A model generated the notes under the pieces. It was not told the DNA's origin and ran no database searches. It was given only the letters and a program-made list of their open reading frames with translations. From Massalongia carnosa (taxonomy: Eukaryota): a DNA stretch of 64,000 nucleotides. Shown in pieces: positions 24,844-36,665 of the stretch. Every line of letters starts with the position of its first letter. The stretch's first letter is position 1. The position numbers and the translations under genes are program-made. The DNA is taken from contig OZ287068.1 of the NCBI GenBank assembly GCA_965645245.1, positions 930,001 through 994,000 of the forward strand, read 5' to 3'.

Positions 24844-26114
24844 AACCATTCGGGTGAAAACAGCTTTCGACAGCCCGAAACGCTAGTTCGGAGGCTTTCA
24901 GTATTTACGAGGAATCCTCCGGTCTACGATGCCACAACCCCATCATCTAATGAGTCTTCATCAGTAGACTCCCAGATTCACTTCCAAACCTCGATTTTTG
25001 AGGCCACGCGCCAACCAGGCACCGAATTACAACGCAAACCTTCACTCATAGCCATAGATCCGCTCTCCGAAGATACTGCACGATGATCATCGCTCATGCA
25101 AACCCAACCCACAATTTTCGACGAAGATGCAACAGGCAGAGAGTCGCTTGTCGTCCTCCTTGTATCTACAACCACGGATCAGATAGCCAACGAGCAAGCC
25201 ATCCAGCCGGCGCAGCGAAGAGAGTCGGTCTTGCCTTTATTGCTGGATCTAGGCAAGGCATGTAAGGGAAGCAAGAAGCCGACAAGGCCAGCGTTGATGC
25301 ATCGAGGTACAACGCCGATACGGGTCACAGGTCTGGTATGGGGGAGATTTGCTGCAGTTTGTTGGAGGAGTTGCGTTGGATCTTATCGATAGGAAAAGGG
25401 AAGATTGCGGTTATGGGTGAGGGTGATGGGCAATCTGGGTCCTGCATTTTCCCCATGTCTGTTCCTTGAGCCGGCCATGTGCAAAAACAAATGGGAAAGG
25501 TTGTTCATCCCCCCCTGCCTTGCTTCCGAGAAAGAGAAAATGAACTGAGTTGAAAGGACAGTAGGGGAAGGACTTTGAAGTCATCATTTGTTTTTAAATC
25601 TGTACCTTGCTATATACACCAGTTATTGTCAAATTTCTATCAAAACCAAAGCACCTCACTTCCCGTGCGAAACGGCCCGTCTACTTCCTTTCTACTGTGA
25701 CTCTTACTCTATTCCCATCCATTCTCCTGGCTCAGTCCAAGCAGCGCAGCTATCTGTCTATCGGATTCTCTATCTGGTTCTAGATGGGACAGGGAAGAAG
25801 GGGAGGGGGGGGGGTTTTGTTTTGGGGGAAGAGGGGAATGTTGGTGGGTTGATAAGGGGGGGTTGGTAAAGGGGCTATGCCTAAGCCGCTAGGATCGCTT
25901 TTGTTTGTGGGGGGGGGAGGGGTTTCGCGTCCATGGTATGGTTTTTTCTGCTCTCCTTCGCTTGTGAGAGGGTGTTTGCGAGTTCTGTAAAGGGACAATG
26001 TCTTCTGTCGATATTATTCCTATTCATTCACGTCCTTTCATAATCTATATATTTTGCCCAGATTGTGCCAGTTTTACGTTAAAACATCCCCTTCCATCCC
26101 CCCCCCAATTCCGC

Positions 26115-26964
26115 TCACTCCCCCGCCACCACCTCCCCCAAACTTTTCTCCTTGTTCCCGCCCAGCACGTTCTCCTCCACCCACGTAATCGGCCACCCAA
26201 CCGCCGCGCCCAGCACGCACAAGCCCGTCGCAAACAGCTGCAGCACGAGCAGCAGCGCCGACAGGATCCCGAACGGGCTGACGAACTTGACGAATTCGTT
26301 GACTTGGTAGAGGTCGTTTTGGGACTTGATAAGGTATTTGGGGGGATCCTTAGAGGCGGGGTACGATGGGCGGTGAGGGGTAGCAGGAACAAGGTGAAGG
26401 ACTGTGACTAGGGAGACGCGAGCGGCGAGGACGGGGAGGGCCCACAGGCGGAATATTTGGTGGAGGGTGACATAGAGGGTTCGGGAACGGGAGTCGTAGG
26501 CTTTTTTATTGTTTTTATAGGGGGAATTGTTAGCTGGACCGGAAGGGGGTCTTAAATGAAGCTGATCAGATAATCGACAGGGGGGTGGACGAGGTTCCCC
26601 CCCTCCCCAAAAAGAGGGAAGTCCTCGGTTTGTTCCGCGAACTTACCAACGCTATCAACCTCCAGCTCGATGCGCGGGCTTAAGATCTTGTACCAGCGGT
26701 AAATGCACCAGATCAGCCATCTGGATCCGTTGAAGCTGCCGGTGCGGCAGAACGGGTGGGTGAAGGAGGCGGTCGGGGTGAAGTATTTCTCGAGCGTGGC
26801 GCGCTGGATCGAGGGCGCGGATTGCGTCAGAGTGTGGATGATTTGGGGGATCTCGGCCACTGGGTCGGGGGTTAAAATGTTTTTTATGTTTTAGTTTGGG
26901 GGGCGCAGAGAGGCTGGGGAAAATCAGAGGGGGAGAAAAGGGAGAGTATACCTGGATCTTCCAT
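26115..26964 (-). CDS. Conserved fungal protein with probable NTF2-like domain and C-terminal hydrophobic segment (3 exons)
   Basis: Spliced MEDP/VAEIPQIIHTLTQ...YFTPTASFTHPFC...IYRWYKILSPRI.../YDSRSRTLYVTLHQIF...YLIKSQNDLYQVNEFVKF...EVVAGE*; canonical introns. Fold assignment from recollection only. Confidence 0.75.
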
Positions 26965-27196
26965 TGAATCAATAGGTTATGGGGAATGTTCCTGGCAAAC
27001 GGAGTCGGAATCATCGCTCAAGAATTGTGGGATAGCATCATGGACAAACGCAAGCGTGAGCCATAGTAGCTATGACGTCATTGGTACTTAACCATACAGA
27101 CTTGGCGCGCTAAAGGGGGTGTCTAATTCATTGACCAACGTTTATTAATCGTCGGCTAGTCTCTCGCTTACCTCAGCCGACTCGACTCTAGTCGGG

Positions 27197-28524
27197 CACG
27201 CGGGGGACAAAAAAAAAACTACACCAAAATTTAACCGGGTTCAACCCCCCACCAAAACACAAGCAATTTCCATACAATTTTGATGGGATAATCACCATTT
27301 CAACAACCAGTCATCCAATTCATTCAATCTATTCAATAACCAGTCATTTTACCCTCACCATCCAAAACAGCTCTCAATCTATCTGGCATAGTAGACACCC
27401 GTTCATTGATAAATGCCTGGGAAACGTTCGCCCACCCCTCATAAATTAGCCCCTTGGTCGTATCATCATCCCAATGAGGATATTTTTTTAAATATTGCTT
27501 CGGGGCCTGCCAGCAATTTTCTATGGGGGCCAAATCAGGTGAACATGGACAGTTGAAATAGTGCTTCAGATCGTTGTTCTGCTTCCAAGTGCGTACAATG
27601 TTTGATTTGCCTGGTCCATGTCCAGAATCACCGTCTTCTTCTAAGACGAAATCGTGTTTTGCTTCAATCCAGGGCTTCACAATAGGCTCCAATATAGAGT
27701 CGATATAGACTCGTTGACTCATATTTCCATTGGAGTTTCCAGGAACTCTGTAAAAGTAGATATCTGACTTGAAGTCATGACCTGCAGCAGCCCAACAGTG
27801 ATGTCTCTTCTTGACGGCCTCGTCTGGTTCATCTGCTTCTTGAATACAATCATGACAATAACGTTCACCTAATCTTCGTATGATGCGTAATTTGCCCTGA
27901 GGTCCCCATCCAAAGTGCACTTCGTCACTAAATCGAACTTGTTTCCAGTCTTCTGCATTTGGATATCTAGAAAGCATAGCATCTGACCACTTCATACGAA
28001 GCTTTCTTGTCTTCTCGTTCACCCATCCCTTTCTGCACGCAATGCATTTGTGATAATCCATGGTGCCCATGATTCGTTGAATGGTTTTGCCACTGCAGTC
28101 TAGGCCTACTTCGAAGCCCAATTGCTCCCATGTAAGAGCGCGCGCCTCCATACCTTCTTCTTCCAATAGCCGTTCCATTTCTCTAATCAATTTAGGCGTA
28201 ACAATTTTGTGACGCCCACGAGCTTCAGAAACATCGGAATTATTATGATGACGGCGTGATGAGGCTCCTTCACGCAGGTATGCATAGCCCCTCGTACGTT
28301 CCACATCAAATGTGCGAAAAACATCCTCTTTGTGATAAGAAATGCCTTGCTTTTCGCAAAATTCAACGGCTCCCTGAATTTTAGCTTTGGTAGGAGTCTC
28401 GATATGTTTAGAATTCATAATAATGATAATTATCCCATCAAAATCGTATGTAAATTGCTTGTGTTTTGGTGGGGAGTTGAGCCCGGTTAAATTTTGGTGT
28501 AGTTTTTTTTTTGTCCCCCGCGTG
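27197..28524 (-). mobile_element. Tc1/IS630-family element with 96-bp TIRs, CAC...GTG ends and flanking 5-bp TCGGG direct repeats
   Basis: TIRs 27197-27292 and 28429-28524 (4 mismatches by eye); TCGGG at 27192-27196 and 28525-28529; one intact transposase inside. Confidence 0.92.
27333..28418 (-). CDS. Tc1-family transposase (DD37E), intact, 361 aa
   Basis: ATG 28418 (MNSKHIETPTK); VRFSDEVHF, LEEDGDSGH, SPDLAPIENCW; 37 residues between second D and E. Confidence 0.92.
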   Translation of the reverse strand: MNSKHIETPTKAKIQGAVEFCEKQGISYHKEDVFRTFDVERTRGYAYLREGASSRRHHNNSDVSEARGRHKIVTPKLIREMERLLEEEGMEARALTWEQLGFEVGLDCSGKTIQRIMGTMDYHKCIACRKGWVNEKTRKLRMKWSDAMLSRYPNAEDWKQVRFSDEVHFGWGPQGKLRIIRRLGERYCHDCIQEADEPDEAVKKRHHCWAAAGHDFKSDIYFYRVPGNSNGNMSQRVYIDSILEPIVKPWIEAKHDFVLEEDGDSGHGPGKSNIVRTWKQNNDLKHYFNCPCSPDLAPIENCWQAPKQYLKKYPHWDDDTTKGLIYEGWANVSQAFINERVSTMPDRLRAVLDGEGKMTGY

Positions 28525-28639
28525 TCGGGGAAAGCAAAGTTCGTCTTTTCAACTTTTACACGCAAAAAATCAATCAAATAGCAATGGGAATTTTTTTCTA
28601 CAAAGATCAAGCATGAAAAATGTTATAATAATAGTTACA

Positions 28640-30657
28640 CTAATAATAACCCAACTGCTCCTGAACATCATCCTCGTCGCTGTCGTCGACATCGTCGCCT
28701 ACTTCCTCTTCTATTTCAAAGGCAACGAAGTCTTTTTGTAGACGAATAGAATCACCTTCACCTATAAATCGTAGGTTTTGATCACCTACAATATCCATGA
28801 TAAAGATAGTCTCTGTCTCTTCCTCTTCATCATTGAATACATGAGTATCTTTTACTCCTTTCTTCGTCTTTTTTTTTTGGTCTCTTCCGTCTGCCAAGTA
28901 ATGTTGCTCGCCTTCCAAATGGCCTCAGGATCATCAATGGGATTCAACATTTCATCGGATATACTAATACCCTGTTTTGCGAGGTCTTTAACATGTTTTA
29001 TTCTGATCTTTTCATTCTTTCGAGCGATAACACCTTCCGCGTGTACACTATCTCTTTTCATTCGCCATATTCTCATGAAGTTGTTGTGTTCTTGTTTCTT
29101 TTCTATCTGCTCATCTTTTTGCTGTCTTTAAGCAATTGCTCGTTGCGCATCCTCCTTCGTGAGTCCTAATCCTCCGTCTGTCGAGTAATTAGGTCTTAAT
29201 CGCTTGCGAGAAGTTGCTCTTTGTAGTAATTCATTGCTTCTTCGCTCATGATGAAGTGATAATTCGAAGTTCGTAAGCGTCGATTTGGCAACAACTTCCT
29301 TCGTATTACTCACGAATTCCTCTAACTCCTGTTCCCGGACTGGATCACTCCATTGTGTATTATCGCGAATTTTGGGTAGCCATTCAAGTAATCCTCTTTC
29401 AACATCATCAAACGTTTTAGGTTGAATTCGTGGCAACGTTGGGAGAGATGATGTTGAACAAGAAGAAGAATTATTCTCACTTTGCGAAGGTACAAACCTC
29501 TTTAGCTGTTCAGTGCATTTCTTCTCATTAATAGGCCACATTCCAGATTTTTCAAAGGCAGATTGAATAGTGGATTTCTTGAATGTGTTATCTCGTATTT
29601 TGGTGAGATCTTGACAAAATCGAGTTATTGTATACTCTACATTGAACTCCGCAATCGCATCTTGAATGGCCACATCATGCCAATTTTTATAAGGTTGAAA
29701 CACTACTACATCAAGCGGTTGCATACAATGCGTCAAGTGTGGTATCAAAGGATAAGGACGAATCCAGTTTTCGTTGGCAAGCTTGATGAATTCAGGAGTA
29801 ACATGACTACCGTGATTATCCATGAGCATCAACTTCCAATGACTCTCAGATCCTGCATCAGAATTTTCAATGTAATGTTGCAGATATGCAATCGCTATTT
29901 TATCCGATGTGAATCCATTTTCTGACGAAACAATTCGAGTTCCTTTGGGCAGTTCGTCTGCAAACCAATTGCTCATCATATCATGACCTTGTATGACAAG
30001 TAAAGGAGGTGGCGGATAATCACCGGCGGCGTTTATATTCTCGAAAATGGTGATAGATTTTCTATTCTCAGAACTAATAGAATAATACTCATTTACGTCT
30101 GTTGGAACCAAAATTTCATGTGCTTTCATGCAGCCAACTCGAAAACCAGCCTCATCAAAATTGATGATATTTCGTTTATTCTTGATATTCAGCTCTCGAA
30201 GAACCACCCGATAATCAGCGAACCATGCTTCAACGTCCTTCACTTGTCCCGCCGTATAGCGAGCGACTGCTAGCGGTTTAGTCTTAATCTTATGTAAATG
30301 GTTGGATTTCCACCATATTCCAAACCATCGCTTAGTAGGACCTTTATAATCAGCATTCTGACTTCACTTCAGACTCTTGATCGCGTTGAATATCAGTTCA
30401 TGCGTCGGTTGAACACCATATGTAAGTAACGAGCGAATGAACTCATGTATTGCTTTGATCTGATGCTTCTCCAATATCTTATTATGTCCTCCTCTCTTCT
30501 CGACTTCATTCAACGCGCTGTTTTGAGCAAGTGAACTTTGTAAAGTGGTACGAGGAATGTCAAATATGCGAGCAGCGCATATCTTGCTTTCAAGTGGATT
30601 TTCTATTAGAAACTGCTTAGCATCATTCAGACGCGTGACAGTATCATTACAATTCAT
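28640..30657 (-). pseudogene. Disrupted pogo/Fot1 transposase (HTH + DDE_1)
   Basis: AARIFDIPRTTLQ HTH, NFDEAGF, LMDNHGSH, THCMQPLDV. One frame from ATG 30657 broken by TGA at 30366-30364 and TAA at 29130-29128, plus a probable frameshift at the T10 run 28869-28878. Confidence 0.9.
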
Positions 30658-32041
30658 GATTATGATGATGATCAATAATGAAATAGTTGATGTAGTCAAA
30701 TGCGTCGTGTTGATGGAATGGAAATAAAATTGCGAAAAGACGAACTTTGCTTTCCGCCGAACTTTGCTTTCCCTCGAGTCGGCCGAGGTAAGCGAGAGAC
30801 TAGCTAGCCGACGATTACATTGCGGCGTTAACTAACACTGAGCACCTATTTATTTGGAACCTGATTGCCATGTTCGTATCAACCTGTCTTGGCGCAGCAG
30901 ATCACGTCTACCAGGAATGCTGAGTCCTTTAGCAAAATATTGAGCGAAAGCCACAGAGATTGGGATTGCCAAGGGGCATATTAGGAACTGGTAAGCAATC
31001 CTTTATTTGCGAAACGTTTGTCGGCCTCACGCTTAAAGTCCGTTCTGGAGATCTTCAAAAATCTTTCCTCGGGTCGTCTTCTGTGGGTTCTTGGTCGACA
31101 GGCACATCCACTGTTGCGTAGACTTTATGGGGGATCTTTGTCCCCCATGTTTTTCAATGTTAGATTCTTTGCTTCCTTTATTGACCTGAAAATTCCGCAG
31201 CATGATTTGCCCATCATCTTTCAAAGGCCCATAGTCAAGTCGATTCACTATTAAGCCCATGCAGTTCAGGGGAGGGATCCATGCATACGTTGACCACCTC
31301 GTTATCTTTACGACTATAGTAAAGCAGACTTCTTTACTTCAATGGTACTACAAAGAGTAGATTGATAAGAATACCGAGCCTGCGTAAGGGATCACCCAGG
31401 TTAGCAAAGAGTATTCGGAAGATGGTCTGGAAAACCTAAGTATCGGGGGCGAAAATAGCTGTCTCGACTGAGGTGGAGCAAGGTTTCTGCTCTGTAATGT
31501 GAGCACTTGAGATTAAGATGGGCCCCTATCGAAACAGACTTACTACCTTGCTGGCATTAGATTTGCCTTGCGTGGACAAAGAATGCTTCGAAGAGGAAGC
31601 CTGCTTGGCCTTTGCCGACCTACGTACGATTTAAATCTTTGATTAGTCGAAAATAGAGGACTCGCACATAGGAGGCGGTTTTTGTTCATATTGAAGTGTT
31701 AACAAATATGTCACATGACTTATCGTGCAAAGACGAAAAATCGCATAGGGCTAAACAGAAGCTATTGCTTTTCCTTCAGGCTATATCTTTATTCATTATC
31801 ACTAAGACGTTCTGTTTTCATTTCTCGAGAAGCTTGGACTATCTCGAAAATCTGTATCTGAAGCTGATTCAGACTAACGCGGTACCTCTTTTTCCAGGAA
31901 TTCATGATAACTTCTTCCTCCTTCTACAGCCTTTCGCTCGCAGCTTAAAAGACATACTCTGAACATACCCAGCGTTCAGTTGTATACGCCAACGTGGTAA
32001 TAGAGCATTCTGCCTGGCTTCCAGCCTTCTCATTTAGCAAT

Positions 32042-33946
32042 ATGAATGCATGGACGAGTCTGGGCAAAAAACTCTCTTTGCGCTCTTTTCAAACTAATAG
32101 TCCAGCCCTCGAAACCCTCTCGCTCCACATCAGCATGAATATGGTTAGGAAGGCATTTGGAGGAAGCTTTCTTCCAAGCTTCTCGACCGGTAGCCTACCA
32201 TCCACAACGGATTGGAACAGCAACGGAGACTTCTTTCAATACACCGCTGGGCGTTTAATATTTAATGAAGCAATTCCGCTCTCTCTCCGTTCTGTGAAAT
32301 TTGATATGAACGAGCTGGCACGGACGGCTGCACATTGCGTTGGATCTGCCTTCTGTGTTGATATTCAAATATTCAAAGCTTCCAGGAGGGCAGTACAGCA
32401 AGACTTTCCTTTTTGACCATGGAGGATGGAGTTCAAGCAATTGCAAAAGTTCCCAACCCCAATGCTGGCCTGCCACATTACAGCACTGCGAGTGAGGTTA
32501 CAACAATGGACTTTGTGAGGACCAAAAAAACCGTCCACTTAGGAATTCCGCTGATATTGAAGCTACAGGTTAGGAATAGGCTGAAAGTACCAGCGCCGAA
32601 GGTATACGTATGGAGCTCCAGACCAACCGAGAACTCAGATGGTGCGGAATACATCATCACGGAAAAGGTTCTCGGGGTTCGGCTGAGTAAAAAGTGGGCG
32701 GACCTAAAGGGTCAGGACCAGCAGCGAGTGATCGAGCAAGTAATCGGATTTGAGACTGCTTTAAGCTCAGCCACGTTCAAGAAGTTTGGTAGCCTTTATT
32801 TCTCTGCCTCTTTGATTTCAGATAAAGTTATTCACGAAAATACCATACACTGCAACAACGATGGTGAAAAAACCGATGGAGGTAGGTTTTCGGTTGGGCC
32901 TTCGACAGACCGGAAGTCATTTGATGATGGGCGTGGAGCGGTTAACTTCGATAGAGGTCCTCGTAAGATATTTTATCCTACATCGTGATCAGCCTACGCT
33001 AACGTATGGCATCTCAGGTAGTACACCCAAGGAATACCTGAAAGCATTTGCACGCCGTGAAATTGCTTGCGTAGAAAGGCTTGAGAAGCATCTCAGGCCG
33101 ATAGGTTTCTTCAACGGTCCTGGATGTTACCATCCCAGTCCCCCAAGCAAAGAGCTCAGTATTAAAAGAATATCCGAAGGTTGCCGAACATCTCCTACCT
33201 GCTGATGAGGCTGTGCTATCTCCTACCTTGTGGCATAATGACTTACATAGCGACAATATCTTTGTTGATCCAAAAAGACCAGCGGAAATTGTCGGTTAGA
33301 TCGATTGGCAGTCCGCTCACATTAGCTCACTCTTCTTGCAGGCTCGTCAACCAGGATTTCTTGACTCTGACGGGCCTCAATGGGAAAAACTAGAATCACA
33401 CTCACTTCCGGAGAACTTTGATGAAATGAATGACGAGGAATAACAACAATATGCCAAGGTCCTGCGTCAGCAGCAAATATTTTCCAAAAATTAGGAAGTA
33501 CAATCTTTCCTAGAAAATAAACCGGGGTATCACGCTCTGAAAAACCAAAAGAGTTTGGGCTGTCAAACCATTACGTTAGTATGCAATCTGCTGCAGAATG
33601 GCGAGCCATTAGTGCGAGGCAATCTTATTCGGATTGCACGCCAATGTCTAAGCTGCTTCGTGTCGCCCTCTCTGGCGGCCCTCCTTGTCCGCTAGAGTTT
33701 ACATCTGACGAAGAAGCTGCCCACGAACTTGTGGAAGGGAAATGGCTTGAAGGTCCAGTCCTGATGAAAAACGTGTTATCCCACCTTAGGGACGTCGACA
33801 ATGGTTGGCATGGATGGGTTGAGTATGAAAACCATGACTCCTTGAAGGGGAAACTAGAGTTACTCCGTCAATAATTCCTCGACAGAATCTCGGAAAACGA
33901 GGAAGAAAAGGCATAATGGACTCCGGCATGGCCTTTCCAAGATTGA
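32042..33946 (+). pseudogene. Phosphotransferase (APH / AIM9-like kinase fold) pseudogene
   Basis: FFQYTAGR.IFNE, IAKVPNPNAG.PHYSTASEV.TMDF, VPAPKVY.WSS, GAEYII.EK, LWHNDLHSDNIFVD, IDWQS, terminal WPFQD*, spread over several frames with internal stops. Confidence 0.85.
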
Positions 33947-36593
33947 TAATTCCTGTTGCGGTATGCCCCTGACAGGTCTTGTTGGGCTAGTGGGCTGATT
34001 ATCGGGGTTTCCTGCTATTGCTGGGACATGAAGTGAAATCGTGCAAAATATAGTAGCTGAGTTGCCAAGCTCTATGAACCGAGTAAGGGAACCATTCATG
34101 TCCATTCTCCTTTACTGCTACCGCTGGCGCTGGTGCTGATATTAACAGGGAAGCTAGCCATACTTTACGAGTCTACCCAAAACCGGCAGTCGATAGCATT
34201 GCCATTTGGTGTTAGTCTTGTTGGTATCTGTATTCGCAAGATGACCTTATTAGAACCCCTGAGCAACCTTGAGGATTAGGTTCTTACCTAGCTCACCCAG
34301 AACACTTGAAGACCAAAGCGGCATAATTGCTGGCTATACAAGATCTAGAGGGTAGACCTAATCTCTTCTCGAGCAGAAGTCCCGGGTAAAGGCAGTCGCT
34401 GTGGCTGGATATTTTCCCCTTAAAGAGGCTTTTCTTCTACAACGCCATTAGTTTTTAGCTACATTTCAAAAGCAAAGGATTCAGCAGGACGAGGTAGATG
34501 ATAATCAATCACAAGACTCGAGAGTACCACCTGTTGAAACGGAAATTGGAACTTAGTAGTACAATATTACGCTAAGTCTATAGTACCTTCACTATGCTAC
34601 GTGCTTGGCCTAGATACTTAACATAGTGAATGTGCTTGCTATCCCATCCATTCACGGTCGATACGCTACATTGGACTGGTATGTTAATCCGTAGGAACAT
34701 GAGTGTATAACATAGTGGCGAGTTCAAGACTGAAAGCCAAAGAGTTTCCCAACCATTGTACTTGAAAGCGTTTCCGTGGAGCGCACATCAGACAGCAGAT
34801 TTATCTATTTGGTCTGCCAACTGACTTAGTGGTCGCAGCATGTTCACTGAGCTAGAAAGTGTATATATAGCCCGCTTTTAGGTAACCCAAACCTGTGCAT
34901 GGGCCGTTACGCCAATCTTTTCAAGCCCGTTACTTACCGCTTTGCCAGACTTAGTGGTGTATGTGTGGCCACACAGAAGCTTGGATTGCAGCATTATCGC
35001 TCAGCGGTTTCCCTACGAGGAAAACAGAAACTACTGTTAACCTAAGCTTCTCAGAGGTAAGGGACTTGGTGCCCGTAGTGCCATGGTATATAAGCCCAAG
35101 GCAAAAGAACGGGTTTTTCCTGTCTCCTTATCGGAACTGGGCCGTAACGGACTTTCAGCTCGTATATATATTTTTTTCAAAAAACCCCCCATTTGACGAG
35201 GCAAGCTAGCAAGGCTGTCAAGTTAGTAAAGCAACACAAAGAATTTTCTCATAGCTTCCATAGTGATGTGGAGGGGGCGGAAGGGGGCATGCTTGGTTAG
35301 TTAGATACATACGTTCATAAACACCTGAAAATGGCTGATGTATAAAGAAAGGGAAGGAGTGGCAGGATGGAGAATGGGGGAATATATTAAATCCCATCCA
35401 TCTCCCCATTTTACATTTCTCGTCTTGATATCCTTCTCTCTTCCGTCTACAGTAGACCCGACCGGAGGATGTACCTAGGCCCAAGCTCGGAGGCCGTAGC
35501 GCGGAAGGGGAAGAATGGAAGATGAAGGAATGTGGTCGGGCAGTGAAAAAGGGGGGGGGGGGTGATATGTAGAGTCCATTGACATAGCAGCTATTTCCTT
35601 TAGCGTCAAGGCATGGGCTTCACCCCCCGAGATAGGAAAGGGCTACCTGCCTACCTACCTGTACGAATAGTTTTCGAGAAAACACAGATTCTAGTTACCG
35701 CTTCTGTTGGTGTTGATAGTTGTAAGGTGGTAAGAAGAACATGATGACCTGCTTTTGCTGTGTTCCCGTACTCCTCCCATCCTGATATTGGTTATCTTAT
35801 ACTTTTCATGTCCTGACAAACCAATATTTTGACCTGGTATTGCAAGTAAAAACAAAAGAGAAAAGAGATTGTGTGAGACAAGACAAGAGGAAAGAAAGCA
35901 TACGGAAATGAAGCCAAAGAAACGAGGGGAGGGTCACAAACAGAGACACACCTAAGGCAGATTGACTGCCGTGGGATCGAGAGATGAAACATAAAAACAC
36001 GAGGAAGCGTAGAGACTTATTTTGAGGATTATACAAACGAACATAGAATAACAACTAGAAAGCTAAGCAGACAAGAACCAAATGTACCATATATAACAAA
36101 CAAGAGAAAGTTACCGAAGCCGACATTCAGATATATTTAAAAGCCTTTAATTACCCCGCTTGTATAAAATTCGCGCTGAAGACTTCCTTGGGGAATAAAG
36201 ACAACGAGCATGTGGGTGAGTGAGAAGGTTAGGTGCGTTGGGAAGGGATACATACATAAGGGTGTAGACATTGGGGTCCACGAAGCAGGTAGGTAGTAGA
36301 TAGCTAATAGAAAGGTCTTCAGAGCTGATCTGATAGCCAATGACGCCGCCCCATATCTCGTTCTTAGCTTGGACGAACAACGGTGGTGATAATCTCAGGG
36401 GCTCAATTTCTGGGAGTTTTCGTTTTGCTTCCTTGCATCTATCTTTCGTCATGCATTTATTTCTAGTCGCTTCCCATGGAAATAGTCAAGCTCTCCTCAA
36501 AAACAACCACTGGGTTTTGACGATGCGTTATATATTTGTAGGGTTAGCACGGCATACTTGGGTTTAACCAAAAATTAAATTAATATTCTCAAG

Positions 36594-36665
36594 TGCCTCC
36601 ACTCGGAATCGAACCGAGAATCTCATCATTACTAGTGATGCGCTTTACCATTAAGCCATAGAGGC
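36594..36665 (-). tRNA. tRNA-Thr(AGT)
   Basis: GCCTCTATGGCTTAATGGTAAAGCGCATCACTAGTAATGATGAGATTCTCGGTTCGATTCCGAGTGGAGGCA; 72-nt cloverleaf, anticodon arm CATCA-CT-AGT-AA-TGATG, A and B boxes. Confidence 0.97.

Larger units (their letters stand above)
27148..30815 (-). mobile_element. pogo/Fot1-type DNA transposon carrying a nested Tc1-family element in its left end
   Basis: TIRs 27148-27185 and 30774-30815 (ATCGTCGGCTAG...CCGACTCGA; one CTAG indel, one substitution); TA on both sides (27146-27147, 30816-30817); subterminal motif GGAAAGCAAAGTTCG at 28529-28543 and twice, inverted, within 30741-30772. Confidence 0.92.

Noticed and set aside
28419..28610. 64-aa N-terminal extension of the Tc1 transposase in the ORF track
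   Set aside because: Runs through the TIR and out of the element from a non-ATG start; true start taken as ATG 28418.
34931..35040. U1-like TACTTACC / ATTGCA and, on the minus strand, U2-like GTAGTTTCTGTT
   Set aside because: No U1-70K loop, no Sm site and no U2 5' region; not called as snRNA.
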